Part shown: one piece after another, positions 42,300 through 56,143 of the stretch | Numbering within the stretch: the first letter of the stretch is position 1 | Layout: the number at the start of each line of letters is the position of its first letter | From: Camelus ferus | Lineage: Eukaryota | Direction of reading: 5' to 3' | Assembly (NCBI RefSeq): GCF_009834535.1 | Contig: NC_045697.1 | Span: forward strand, 31,994,001-32,058,000 | DNA: 64,000 bases | Notes under the pieces: generated by a model | What the model saw: only the letters and a program-made list of their open reading frames with translations | Told to the model about the DNA's origin: nothing | The model's database searches: none | Made by a program: the position numbers and the translations under genes

Positions 42300-42710
42300 G
42301 TCACATCAGACAGGCCTGCTATAAACTAGCATGACGAGGCTAGAGACCTGGAAACCAAATTTCCTGATTCCACTGAGATGGGCTTCTAGATGGATCCGTG
42401 TTGCATGAACCAGTTGTCCTCCGACAGACTTTGATTCAGAACTCAGGGGAGGCAGGGAGCGGGGCATCAGGGCACTGCAGGGGAAGGAGTCTGCAGCTGC
42501 GCTAGCAGATTCTCGGTCTGAGATCGCTGATTGTGGCAAAGGCAGCAGCCCATCAGTGGCCAGTCCTCCAGAGGGGCTGGAAGTCTTGCCTCCTGGAGTC
42601 TAATTCTTCAGTCCTTCCTATGATTCTGTGAGACATCATGTGGATCCTTAACAAATCCCTTTCAGCTTAAACTAACTAGAGAGCATATGGTTTTATGCAG
42701 CTGATAAATG
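42300..42710 (+). mobile_element. Old ERVL-class LTR (LTR33-like)
   Basis: gaggctagagacctggaaaccaaatttcctgattcc...taacaaatccctttcagcttaaactaactagagag. Confidence 0.55.
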
Positions 42711-44255
42711 TAACTTAGACTAGAGAATGTGGCTCTTGCTGTAATTAAAAAAAACTAAACTATGACACTGGTTTAATGTAGCAGGAAAGCAGTCAGGTGG
42801 TTGGACACAGGATAAAGATGTTGCAAATGAAAACACAGACAATGACCATTATGTGACGGAGACCATTTGGTCCAATTATGCTACATTGGTACCTTAGAAG
42901 GTAGATATATGCCAATGACAGCCATAGCATGAGATAAAATGTAGGAAATGTCAGAATATTCGTGTGTAGTATTGGTTTCCTGCCACTTTCCACAAAATCT
43001 TAGAAGAAAGACCCACCTAGCAAACCTTCCAGAAGAGAGAAAAGAACACAGCTTTTCTAAAGGAGGCACTCTCTTCTCCCTTTCCCCCAAAGACAAGTTG
43101 AAGGGCAATTCCACAATCTGGAAAATTATGGATTTAACAAATCCAGCTAATTCTACACCACAAACGAAAGTAGTTAAAAGTTGTAGCTACATAACTGCAA
43201 GTCATCTACCAAGGACTTAATGGGCTGTGTCAAAGGGGCACAAAGTCTCTCACCAGTCAAAGCAGAGAGGTACAACTCTTCCACACAAGGGTGGCTGCCC
43301 TGCTGACGAAGCTGGCCCCATCCTCCTAGACCACCAATTTAACAGAGGGGGAAATGAGTGATTCACAGAGCCCACAAAAGAAAGAGTCTTCAGGCCTAAA
43401 AGTGACACAACACAAGATTTTCTTTGCTCTTAATCCACTCATGAAACTGACCAAAAGTGCACTACAATTTTGAAGGAATTCTTTTGCTGAAGAAACTGAA
43501 AGACTGGCCAGCAATAGTCTTGGCTATCTAACTCTGAAGCCCAACCTGCAAACCCCTGCATCTGCAAAGTTAGCAATGAACTGCGAAATCTGTGCAGCTA
43601 CAAAGAGGGTGTACTGCCCAACGCGGGCCTCAGATGTGGCTACAGAGGACAATTAACAGGAAAGAATCTCCCAGAAGGGAAAGGGAAAGAAAGGGACCAT
43701 AAAGGACAATAGGCAGAACCAGGTGCTGCCAGAGAGGTTTAACAAGGAATTCACTTTGTTGCCAATAAAGGGAGTCTCTGCTGTCTGCAAGGTGGGACTT
43801 GCTGTGGACCTGAGGTGCTATGCGTTTCCCATTCTCCCCCTTTTAGAACAAAAGCCCTTTCTGTCAAATCATCCCACTCCTATTTGGCATTGTTTACTGA
43901 GTGCACTGAGGACAAATAATTTATAAATTAATATACTAACTCAAAGCTGACCGTCCCAATGGAGTCACATTCGGACCTCATACAACGTACGGTACATCAC
44001 CCAAAGATGGAGGCAGGGCTGGTGAGACCTTGGGTCTCCTCTCTGTGAGGATGGCCAGGAAAATACTCATTTGCATGAGGGGCAATTTCATCAAGTTAAG
44101 CAGGAGCATCGTTGGTGATACTACTGCTGTGGTTTAATGGAAGAAGAAAGTAGACAAAGAGATAGACTGTAATGAATCTTCTTGAAAGGCTTACTCAGAA
44201 TCTTTCCAATACACTTCTAATTGACAATGACTAAAGAGCCAAAAACTATATTCCC

Positions 44256-44900
44256 ATCAGCAGTAATTAGAGAGATGAAATTTAAAACAACAATGAAATA
44301 TTTTTCATCTATTTTTGCAACACTTAGAAAACAGAATTTTGCCAAGTGTTGGCAGGGAAATGGAGATGATAGAATCCTCAAGAACTGCTCTTAGAAGTGA
44401 AGAATGGAGCACTGACTTGGGAAAGCGATCCGATGGTACTTCATCAAATGAAGTCTGTGCCTCTCCAATGACCTGGTAATCTCCCCCTCACCCCGCCTTG
44501 AGGTATATTTCAAAGAATTCTCACATAGGTCAACAGTGGAGTTGGCCATGATCAGATTGAAGGCAATCTGAGTGTAGATCAACGGAGGAGAGGTTACTTA
44601 GGTAAAATGTACACCAGGAAGTAACCTGCAGCAGTCAGAAATTACCAATTAGCTTAGATGGGCGTGTGAAAATGAGATCTTAATGAAAAAATCACAAATG
44701 TGTAAATTAACAACAAGAAAAATAAAACAATATACATTTTTCAGGAATACATAAATATAAGGATACACATTAAATACATTAGAATGGTGTTTATGGGGTA
44801 AAGTGGTAAAAACTGAATGGTTTAAATTTTTTTATAATAATAAAAATAATAAATAAGCTTACTCAGACCAATGCTGATGATGTGCCATGAAGATTTGTTA
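44256..44900 (+). mobile_element. Old L1 (L1MC/ME-like) 3' fragment inserted in an LTR
   Basis: gtaattagagagatgaaatttaaaacaacaatgaaat...gccaagtgttggcaggga...cagaccaatgctgatgatgtgccatgaa. Confidence 0.65.
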
Positions 44901-44917
44901 CTACTGCGTCTGGTTTT

Positions 44918-45290
44918 AAAGCTACATTTCCTACACTCTCTTACAGCTAGGGTTCCATATGTGACTCAGGTTGCACAACCAGACACTTGTGAACTGAGGA
45001 GTAAGGGGAGACTGGCAGTTTGCTGGTGACCTTACTTTCCCTGTTACAGATCACGGCAGAGGTTATGTGGCTAGACTCTGCAGCTGCATGGCAGTTGCCT
45101 AATTCTGAGCTCCCACATCACTGCAAGGCAGCACCACCTGTAGCAACCATATTTCTGTGGTGTGGATGGGAATCACTCCTGGAAGCTCAGACCTCCCGAA
45201 CATCTGTGAGCTATCGACATTATACTTCAAATGTCTTTTCCATTTGGAATGATCGAGAATGGAGTCTGTTGTCTGAAAAAACACAGGGAG
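44918..45290 (+). mobile_element. LTR33-like LTR (continuation of 44168-44255)
   Basis: aaagctacatttcctacactctcttacagctaggg...ctcctggaagctcag...ggagtctgttgtctg. Confidence 0.55.
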
Positions 45291-45351
45291 TTTTAAAACC
45301 AGTGCATTTCCAACTTTTCCCAGATTTGTTACTAGAGTTTGAAATGACTGC

Positions 45352-45833
45352 AGCACTTTGCTGGGGCTGCCATAACAAAGTACCACATACCGGATGGCTT
45401 AAACAACAGAAGTGTATTATCTCACTGTTCTGGAAGCTAGATGTTGGAGATCAAGGTGTTGGAAGGTTTAGTTCTCCCTGAGGGATGTGAGGAAGAATCC
45501 ATTCCATGCTCCTCTCCTTGCATCTGTGGGTTTGCTGACGATCCGGAGCATTCCTTTGCCTGTAGATGTGTCAGCGTGAGCTCCACCTTTGTACTCACAT
45601 GGTGATCTCCCAGTGTGAGTGCACATCTGTTATCTCTATGTCCAAAATTTCTCCTTTTTATAAGGACACCAGTCACACTGGATTAGGCCCACCCTAATGA
45701 TCTCATTCTAAATTGATCACCTCTGTAAAGACCCTGTTTCCATATACAGTCAGATTCTGAGGTGCTAGAGGTTAGGGCATCAACATACCTTTGGGCTGGA
45801 AAGGGGCAGGGGGGACAATTTAACCCATAAAAT
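45352..45833 (-). mobile_element. MLT1C-like solo LTR
   Basis: ggggctgccataacaaagtaccaca...ggcttaaacaacagaagtgtattatctcactgttctggaagctag...ataaggacaccagtcacactggattaggccc...acaatttaacccataa. Confidence 0.88.
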
Positions 45834-46819
45834 ACTGCATATACTTTAACATAAATTATAGCCATTAGTCTCTAGGATCTGGTGCTTGTACTAAAACTGT
45901 GAGGTAATTCTGTTATCCCTTTTTTTTTTTTAGTTTTACAAAATACTGGATATTACAGAGCTTCACAGTATGAATGTTAAGTACCAAATTACAATAATGA
46001 TAAATATGGCTTGATAGTGTCAGCTATAAAGCAGACAGCTTGAAATAACCACTAAGTTTGCTTTACAATCCAAACACGCTAACACAGAAAGTAAAAAGTG
46101 AAATATTCTGATAGTTCTTGCATGCCTTAGAAACACATCAGTCCAGCAGAAGAAATGCAAATGATTACACAAAGCTACAGAAACTTCAATGCTGGACTTC
46201 CTAACTTATTTATTCATGGCTCCATTTACCAGCAACATGAACAATCATTTACAAGTTCCAAATCTCCTTGCTACAAAGCAAATATATATCTTTTTATTGC
46301 CACTGTCCGTGAAACAGGCTAAATCAACCCATCACAGGTCTGCTTGACTGAAATGAAAAGGAGTACCTCATAGCCATTTCAAATTCAAACTTAATCTTAA
46401 TTATAGAATACTTCTCAAAGGTAACCGGGAAAAGTCTCTAATTTTGACTTTAGAATTTCTTCGTGGAGAACAGGAAACCTCAACAAATGTTTCATTAATA
46501 TCGATATACTAACACATTCTCTTTAAGAAATGACAGTCCAACACACTAAAATAAGAACAAATATCCTATTTTTACTCATCACAGATTACTTTAAACATAT
46601 TAGTTATAGAGTAATATGTAAAAGTTCATAGAGGTAAGATAAAAAAGAACAATTTCCACCATTTTCTACATGAAAAATGAAGCCCAGTAAAGTGAAGTTA
46701 GCACAAAATAAAACAAATCTGCATACTAATGAAGGTTAAGACTACAGCCCAAAGACTTCTACTGCCAAATCTTTCTTTTTTACTCTAAGTCAGGATCAAC
46801 ATCAGAAAGACCCATCCTT

Positions 46820-47080
46820 AATTTAGGAATTTACATTAGGGGTTTGGGATTAACAGATACACATTACTATATATAAAACAGATAAACAACAAGGACCTAC
46901 TGCATAGCACAGGAAGCTATATTCAATTTCTTGTAATAACATATAATGGAAAAGAATCTGAAAGATATAAGTATGTATGTACATGTATAACTGAATCACT
47001 TTGTTGTACACTTGAAACTAACATTGTAAACTACACTTCAATAAAAACAAAATTTTTAATGCAATAAAAAAAATAATAAG
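46820..47080 (+). mobile_element. L1 3' end (cetartiodactyl-type)
   Basis: gtttgggattaacagatacacattactatatataaaacagataaacaacaaggacctactgcatagcacagg...ctgaatcactttgttgtacacttgaaactaacattgtaa...cttcaataaaaa. Confidence 0.88.
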
Positions 47081-47461
47081 AGCCAAATAAAGGACTCATC
47101 CCAAAAATCACTGTATAAGATTACACCAATAATTTCTAATCACCACACCTACTTCCTCCTGTGACTCACTATAAAGTAAGTTGTCACTGTAGCAACTTCT
47201 CCGTATCAAAAACAGAAGTCACTTTAGAATTATATGAATGAGTCCTTACCCTCCACCTGCAAAGAAATGCAGCTTCCGCCAACCAAAGGAAAAGAGGTCA
47301 AAACATTGGAGAATTACTTCTGAATGGCTGCCAGCATCTCCCTTAGAGCTCCGTGCTTTCTTCAAATATCTGGATTTCTAGTAATTAGAAACCTTATATT
47401 CAAAATGTGTACAGTGCTTTCAAAAGGAGCTGATTGAGTCGAAAACTAACAGTTTTCCTAA

Positions 47462-47503
47462 AATTATAGAGATCTGTATTTGAATTATAGAGATCTGTAT
47501 TTG
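47462..47503. repeat. Perfect 21-bp tandem duplication
   Basis: AATTATAGAGATCTGTATTTG x2. Confidence 0.95.
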
Positions 47504-48029
47504 AATCTAGCCTGAAACTTGGCCAAATGCCCAAACTCTAAGCAATGTTCGAGCCCCCGGCCCTGCGACAATTTGTTCTCTTGCATAAAACTGCTGAAAA
47601 TTAAAGCTAAAAGCTTTGATCAGAAATACAGATATAAAATGTGATTAAGAGGTGCTCTGCCTAAATTCACCCCATAGTTTGAAAAAAAAAAAACCACTGA
47701 ATACTAGTATTACTGTTAATTGTGTCAAAATTGACCAAGGTAGAGCATGAGACATGGAAGGAAGCATTTTTCCCCTAAACAATAAAGAACAAACTAGAAT
47801 AAACTTATTTTAATAATGTTACAATTAACTTTATACTTAGAAGGTCAATATTTTTTTTTTAATTTCACTAATGATAACGGGACATTTTCAGAGCAATTCT
47901 GAATAGGTATTACTATCAATTTCCTCAAAAAGAAGAATTTCGGTACTATGAATTAATAATGGAGAGAAATGGAATTAAATAGAGCTGTATTTGGAGGATC
48001 TTAAGTTAATAAATGACACTAGTTGACAT

Positions 48030-48215
48030 ATATTGAGCATTTAATTTGTACCTGTTTGATAGTCTTCTGAGTGTTTTACATGGATTAATTCATTTAATCC
48101 TCATAATAAAACTATGAGATGAATATTATTGTCTCCCTCACTTTCTCTTCTAGGAGATTAAATTATCTTTCCAAGGTCTCAAAGCTAGAGCTGGAATTTG
48201 TCAAGGAATCTGACT
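48030..48215 (-). mobile_element. MIR SINE
   Basis: gtgttttacatggattaattcatttaatcctcataataaaactatgagatgaatattattgtctcc. Confidence 0.72.
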
Positions 48216-49661
48216 AAAAAGTATAAAACCATTCAAAGTGTGTAAGCTCTTTGCTTGTTAGGAGTGAGGACCAGGAGATTTTGGTTTCATCTCTTTCTAA
48301 ACACAGTACTCCTCTCCCTAGTTTCCTTGTACCAGAAATTAGAGAACATGTCTATTTATACAAGGTGAAGAGAAATGGCAATATATTATGGATTGGATTC
48401 TATCTATGCCCAAGGGTTTTGTTATTAACTAGTGCAAGAAACGGAAGTAACACAACTGAATGGTTGAATCACTCACTATTCTGGTGACCTGAAATCAACA
48501 CTATATATTTATTTTATTCTTTTGTTGCATTCAACTCTTTTCCCCAGTATATAAGTAGGATTTAATAGGAGAATGGGTACAGTAGGTAAATATAACATTC
48601 CAAATTTAACTGCTGAACGAACATTGAACTAAGTTAAACAGGTGAATAAACACTGAACTAACAGGCACCCTGTTAGGTATCATACAGCTATGTGTGGTTA
48701 GTGCCAGAAAAGTTGATTTGCTTTCATTAACTACCCTGACACAAGGTTAAGGAAGTAAAACTGATACTGTAATATTAATCATAAAATAGCAATACCTCAA
48801 CGGTTTTTCAAGATATCTTTTAAAAACTGAGTAGAGATAACAATATAGAGTTTACTGGATCCTCACCTCTGCAGACACCTACTAGCATAAACAAATACTT
48901 CCTGAACTCACATTACACCACAATAGGGCCTGATCACATCTGGTGGCAGCAGGCACTTCACATTGTAAGATTTTTGAAAGGCAAGTACTCAACAATGTGG
49001 TCGTGGGTAGGCTGCAGCTCAGGGTATAACATCTTTCATACGTTAAAAAAAAAAAAAAAGTCACCTAATTCTTTGTTCCCTTATAATTTCTATCCTACCA
49101 CTCATTTAAGTACAAATACATAATCGTGTGTGTCTGTGTGTGCATCTCTGTATGTTTATAATCCTAACAACTTCACGTATAACATTATTTTAATCTGTCT
49201 CACATTTTAGTTAACATTTCACTGATTTTCATTCTTTATATAGATGTCCGTTCAACATCATCTCATGTCATTACTCTGCCTCTTGTTAACACGCCAAGTA
49301 ATGCCTCTCTAACATAACTCACTATTATATAAAGCTTACTGTGATCACCTTAAATGTAGGGTCTCTTTTCATTCACACTTGCATGTCTTGTACAAAGCTA
49401 TAGCCCAAGAATAGGTTCAATAGGTGCAATATAAATTGAAGTAAAAATAAATCTCAATTCAGCAACTATTTTGATAGAAACTCCAATATCTCTGGTTCAC
49501 TTGTTAATCTGCACTTTCCTTCAAAATAAAGAAATATTTACTGAGTTCTTAATGTGGTACTAGCCACTGCACTGGGGACTGAGAATACAAAAGTGAGACT
49601 TGGTGCCAACTCTCAGGGAAAAAGTAGGCCAGTGTGGAAAGCCAACATGAAAAGAGATAGT

Positions 49662-50365
49662 TCTACGATCCAGCAATCCCACTCTGGATATACACCTAAA
49701 GGAAACAAAGACAAGGACATCTAAATGACATCTGCACTCCATGTTTATTGCAGCATTATACACAATAGCCAAGAAAAAGAAACAACCTAAGTGCCGCCTC
49801 AACAAATGAATGACTAAAGAGAGTGCAGTGTATACATACAATGGACTATTATTCAGTCATAATGAAGAAGAAAATCCTGCCGTTTGCAAGAAGACAGATG
49901 GACCTTGAGGCATTATGCTAGGTAGAAAGAAAAAAAGTCAGACAGAACAAGACAAATACTATATAATATAATTTATATGTGGAATCCAAAAACACCAAGC
50001 TCATAGAAACAGAGTAGAATGGTAGTTACCAGGGGCTGAAGAGGGGCGGAGGAAAGGAGGAGATGCTGGTCAAAGGGTACAAACTTCCATATGAATAGTT
50101 CTGGGGATCTAACCCACAGCATTGTGATTACAGTTTAAAACATGGTACTATACTGCACTACACTGTACTTGAAAGTTGCTTAAAGAGTAGATCTTAAATG
50201 TTCTCACCACGGAAAAAAGACATTGTAATTATGTGAGAAATGGAAGTGTTAGCTAACACTACAGTGGTAATCAAATTGCAATATATAAGTGTATCAAATC
50301 AACACATCGTTAACTTACAAAATGTTATATGTCAATTATTTCTCAATAAAGCTAGGGGAAAAAAT
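49662..50365 (+). mobile_element. L1MA-like 3' end
   Basis: gatccagcaatcccactctggatata...catgtttattgcagcattat...ggtcaaagggtacaaacttcc...gagtagatcttaaatgttctcaccac...gtcaattatttctcaataaagct. Confidence 0.9.
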
Positions 50366-51467
50366 AGGGATATAACAAGACAGAAAAAAAAGAAGAGATT
50401 CAGTTACATATTGTAGGAAATGCAATGAGGGCCCTATGCATAGTGTGCTCTGAAGAGACAGGTAAGTGCGGAGGTTAAATGCAGAGGATTCGACAGCAAG
50501 AGGTCAGTATGACATGACTATGATCCCAGTGGGCACATTAAAAAACCAGTGAATTAAGAAATAAACTTGTAAGCAGTGTAAGCTCAGAATAAAACACTTC
50601 ATAAAGTACAAAATACAACTAAACTTACAGGATAATTAGGTTTCATGAAACTCTCGCAAAAATGAATGACAAGAAGTGTTCAGACCGAAGGCACAGGGCA
50701 CCTAGATTCAAGTCTGCAGCTGGAGGTCTGTTACCCTGAGAACTTATAAAGGAGTTAACTCACCTATCGGAGTGACTTTGAAATCCTGTAAATAAAGTTA
50801 GTCTCATCTTTAGGTAAGTCCTTAAAAATCTCTTTTGGTGTAGCCTCCCACAACTAAAAGAATGAACTCCATTAAAGAAGCCACCAGCCCTGTCTTGCAG
50901 GATTGTGGCTGCTCAGAGCTGACAATACCCTGCAGTTAATTCAAAAGAGGCTTTAAAAATAATATCCGTAATTAAATATAGATTGAAGGGTTACCTAAAA
51001 CATTACTTTCCAAGTTCTTCAAATTTATAGATGTACTTCCACAACACTCTAAGGCTTTAAAAACAGCAAAAGCTAATCCCAATACTAAGAAGGTATTTGA
51101 TACTTTTTCAGCCTAATTATAGCAAGTATATAATTTAAAAGCATTAACCAAGATTTAGGACCAATAGACTATATATAATTAACAAAACTGATTTCAGCTA
51201 AAACCCCCTCTTCATTTTGTCACCTTCTAAGAACATATAAAAATGTGTTCTATTACACGGGGTAAAATGAACTTTCCGCAGAAGACTAGCTTAGCACTGT
51301 TTAACTTTGTCAGTCTATCAAACCTATAGATATTTCTTGTTCCCCTAAAAGAAAAATAAATTGAATCAAATGATTTTATTTTCTTTAATTTTAAAAATAC
51401 CCATGAACATAGCAGCCTTAGTCAATGAAAGTTAACTCTTTCATCAAGTAAAGACACCAAACATACA

Positions 51468-51671
51468 CAGCTGACTCTACAACAAGGTGGGGGTTAGGGG
51501 CCACTGACCTCTGCTCCATGGAAAATCTGGTTATAACTTTATAGTTGGCCTTTGTATTGGAGGTTCTGCAACTTCTGATTCAACCAACCGCAATACATAT
51601 TATCTGGGAAAAAAAATCTGCTTATAGGTGGACCCTCGCAGTTCAAGCCCAGGTTGTTCAAGGATCAGCTT
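51468..51671 (+). mobile_element. TcMar-Tigger MITE (MER8/Tigger2-like)
   Basis: Inverted termini cagctgactctacaacaag...gttgttcaaggatcagct; internal ggggttagggg, ggaccctcgcagttcaagccc. Confidence 0.78.
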
Positions 51672-51844
51672 CATTTACTATATTCTTATGGAAATTTAAC
51701 ATAGATTAAGAAATATTAAGTTCATTCATATACAGCTCACACCACCAATTTTTGCTTGTAGAGCTAAGTAAAGTACTTCAGTAGACACTGAAGTATATTT
51801 GCAAATTGATTGTATGAAACAGGCATTATTTTTAAATATTTCAG

Positions 51845-52035
51845 AGTAAGGGCTTGGGAATAAGACAGAACTATTCAAATTCCAGCTCAGCCCCATACCA
51901 GCTCTGTGACCTGAGGATGTTGCCTAACCTCTCCAAATCAGAGTTTTCTAACTAAAGTAGCAGGGAACTAATGCTAAGCTAAAGGAATGCTAGAGAAGTA
52001 AACAAAGCAATGCTATAAAACATTTATCACAAAAT
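51845..52035 (+). mobile_element. MIR SINE
   Basis: ttcaaattccagctcagcc...accagctctgtgacctgagg...cctaacctctc. Confidence 0.7.
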
Positions 52036-54409
52036 TAGGTACGTAGTAAATGTTTTTTTTTTTATTACACATACTATATTTTGAAAAAAAAATCACTCTT
52101 TTCTAAGCTTGCAGGGAGAAAGTTCAACAGCAATATTTACTTACAATAACATCTGTGGCAAGTCATGTATTATACTTTAAGATGTCAATAAAAAATTCAA
52201 TGTCTTGGGGAAAATGTGACTAAATGTATAACTGCTTTAAATGTATACAACAAAACACAACAAAGATGACATGCAGACCATCGACATAGTATCACCATAA
52301 TGCTAAAAAAGTATGCTTGTCATCTTCATATGCTTAGAACAAAGATTAGGAGGAAATGAGTCAAGATTTTATTAGCAGTTACTGGTGATGATTTTCCTTT
52401 AATTTCACATTTTTCTTATAAAATTCCTAAAACTGCATATATTAGCTTCATTATCAAAAAGGGTGGCTTCTGAATGACAAGTTGACAATCATTTTCACAT
52501 TTTAAACTATCTGACCCAATAACATATCAATAGGATAGACAATCATTAGTGCTAATTTTGTAAATATTATACATCTTTCTTCCCAAAGAGATTTCTTTTT
52601 CTTTTTAAGTAAGGCATACTCCCACACTCACACACACACATGCACACACATTGTGAGTTCTAGCAGTCTAAGCTACAAAAGAGAAAGAACTTCGCCAAAT
52701 AAAACTTGTAGTGCCATTCAGTCTTTTAGCTTCATTATGTGCTTAAGGATTGACCACATGAAGCTGTAGAAAGGCTGTCAGGGACACTATTTAAAAGATC
52801 AAGTTTAGAGACAGTACTAGGCCAGGTATAAAAGTTTAATGCCCTTGAACAGCAACCAATGCCATGGCATAGCCTCCAAACCTTTGGCCTCCAAGGTTTT
52901 TGTCATTTTGTTTGCTTTATTATTGCAATTATTTGCATGAAATAAGAATCCCAGTGTTTTAGAAAGTTGTCTACTCCCTGTTGATTCAAACGTTATTCAG
53001 CTATGTGTTTGCAGAAGAAATTTCCCCATGATAATTATAAAAATAACTAGCAAGTCTCCAGGAGGATAAGAGTCAACTTAAAAAAAAAAAAAAAAAAAAA
53101 AACCAAGGTTCTTTTCCATAAATCAGTGTTTGGTGATAAAAGTAGAAGTATTTTTAGACTAGAAAACAATATATCATTTTAAAGACATGCATCTAAATAG
53201 AATGATCGTTTTAAAGATGCTTCTTAGGAAGTTTTTAATGCAACAGGCCTGCTAACATAGGACTGAATAGTTGTCTGAAAGTTTTCAACTCAACTAGCGT
53301 TCTCCAACCCAACACGGTGAAATAAATCAGAATAAATCTGAAAGAGTGGATATAAAAATCCATTAAGACAAAGTAGAATTCACAGCCCAGTTCAGTAATA
53401 GTATTAATTCCTAGATCTGGCACTCTCATACATCACAACAAAAAAGGATACACCAATTTAAGGAATATCAAGTGTGTCCTGGAGAAATGCATACTTTCAC
53501 ACTATATATTATTCAAGCAACACATAGAATGCAAAACTCAAAGCACTATAAAAGAAGAGCAATGAATCAGTACTAGTTTTCTGTGAACACAGATTATGAG
53601 AAATATATATATATATATATATAAATGCCCATTTTAATTATGGGTAGTGTACGTGTCACATTCCAAGCAGATATCTACTGTCTATGTAATATAATGCCAA
53701 CATAAAATGCCCTTCTTGTCTCCTAGATATTGCTAAAAACAGCCACAATTGCACTTCACAGACACCCCACAAAAAAAAAAAAAAAAACCAGAAAGCACAA
53801 TAAATCACTCTGTTTTCCTTCAAGAAAGGATAATCCATCTTCAGGATTAGAAGAGTAACACGGAACTTACTAGTACTAGTATATGTTGCAGAGTCTAAAA
53901 CTCTTGATAAAACAATGAGTTATGACTGATAATAGATACATACATCCATGTAGCCAAATGGAGCTGGTATGAAATCGTTAATAGCCTGCATATAACCTTC
54001 AGTGTTAGAACCCAATTTGGATACAAGCACTTAAGGAAATCTGAATCTAGCTCAGTGTTTGTCAGAAAACTGCCACAGTTTCATGTCCTAATGGAGAGGA
54101 TTAAAACACTTCTTGGCCCTAGATTAGAAAAAGGTTCTGTTGGAGTCAATCCAAAAGAATTGACTAGAGTGTGACTGGCAAACCCGGGTGACTGAAAAAT
54201 ACAAGTTTGGGGAAAGAATTTGGTTATTAAATTGGTTGTTTCAAACTTCTGAAAGTTTATTATGTAATCATTTAATTGCAAAATATTTTCAAATTAACTT
54301 TACAACCAAATCAACTATACTTACTAGAAAACAAAATTTAAATGTAATGCTGACAAGAAAAATAGTCTTTATTACTTAACAATTTTAACAGTTAACATTT
54401 TTTAAGCTT

Positions 54410-54570
54410 TTGTTATAGGTTAAGCACTGGTCTTAGCACTTTACATGTATTATCAAATTCTAAAAAATTTGTACTAAATAACCTCCATTGCACGGGTGAG
54501 GAAACTGAAACACAGAACAAGTAAATAATTTAACCAAGATCACACATTTGACAAATAGCAGTGTCTGGTA
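54410..54570 (-). mobile_element. MIR SINE
   Basis: agcactttacatgtattatc...gggtgaggaaactgaaacacaga...aaccaagatcacaca. Confidence 0.75.
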
Positions 54571-55797
54571 TTACTCAACCATTTGCCACTCTCCTCCCAT
54601 CTATATAGAAATTCAGTGGCAAAGAAGGGGAGGGGGGAAGAGTGAGGAGCTGAAATTGATGTTTAAGTATATAAATTCCAATTCTATAGTTTTCAGAGCA
54701 GTTTCAAACTACTAAGGCTACATGTAGCCTGAATTGTAAAAGATGTTAACATAACTAATCCATTTTATACATTAAATATTTGTTGAAAGAACTGCGTCAA
54801 CAGGGAAATAAAAGATAATAAGTCCTTCTCTGTATCTAAATCAGCGGACAAACAAGTTCATCCAATAATTTTGTTTTTATCAATAATATCGATAGTCTTT
54901 TTAAATAGAGACTGCCAAACAAGATAATTACACTCTGTATACTAAACATTATCACCTACACTAAATAGGCTGGGAATACAAATATTTTATAGTGCATTTT
55001 CATTTGCCAAAATTAAAAGGAATCCCATCCGAAATAATTTGTGAAAATATGCTGCAAGCTATACAAAACATAAAATAAATGTATGCATAACAGTGTTCAA
55101 AGTAAACTTTATATCACAAATGGAAGATGGCAACTACGTTTGGTTGGTCGTTGACTGGAATACCACTTCAAAAGAACCACACAGGATAATCAGTGAAGAT
55201 GGCTATGAGTTGCTCCCTTAAATTTCTGGGACTTTTATGAATGAATCTCAGAGCTCATTAGTTATGTGAGTAGCAAGTGGTTATTCATAATATAAATATT
55301 TTATTTTGTTTACAGTTCTAGTTCCACAAGTGAAATATCCTGGATTTCAAATAGCTCTCAAATTATCTTATGAGTTAAATTAGCTGAGTTTCCAACTTGA
55401 GTATACTACCTTATGAGCATTTTTTCATAATTTAGAGACAATTTGTCTTATCTCTTTATAATCAAAGTAATGAACATTTTCAAGTCGACAAGTTTCTAGG
55501 GGACAAAGAAAGACCAAAACTATGAAAGACTCCAAATGCAAGAACCTTAACTGCAGAACACTTATGCTTATATCTTCTCTGACAAAAATCACTAACTACA
55601 CAAAAAAGTCAAAAGTTCATTTCATCTCATCTTCTGAAATGCCTGGAAATATATCCATGTTGAAATGACATAAATGTTTAAGATCTAAAGTGTTAATAAA
55701 GGTTCTTTCCTTTAGGTGGCTTTTCTGACTATCGATTTGACTATTGATCCTTTTACTGTGTAACAAATACTTTCATATAATTAAGGCAATTAGATTT

Positions 55798-56143
55798 TTA
55801 TTGAAATGTAGTTGATTTACAATATTGTGTTAGTTTCAGCAAAGCGATTCAGTTATGTATACATATATGTTTTTCAGATTACTTTGCCTTATAGGTTATT
55901 ACAAGATACTGTATATACAAGATGTGCTATACAATAAATTCTTTTATCCTATCTTATGTATAGTAGTTTGTATCTGTTAATCCTATACTCTTAATGTGTC
56001 CCTCCCTGCCTGCCTTTCCCTTTTGGTGATCATAAGGCTGTTTTCTATGTCTATTCAGTCTGTTTCTGTTTTGTATGTAAATTAATTTGTATTATTTTTT
56101 AGATTCCACATATAAGTGATACCATATAATATTTGTCTTTCTC
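55798..56143 (-). mobile_element. L1 3' end, sense to KCTD8, with a 16-bp TSD
   Basis: tttattgaaatgtagttgatttacaatattgtgttagtttcagc...ttagattccacatataagtgataccatataatatttgtctttctc; flanks TAAGGCAATTAGATTT (55782-55797) and TAAGACAGTTAGATTT (56144-56159). Confidence 0.9.

Noticed and set aside
45020..45481. 153-aa ORF
   Set aside because: Spans two adjacent LTR remnants, has a non-ATG start and no domain similarity.
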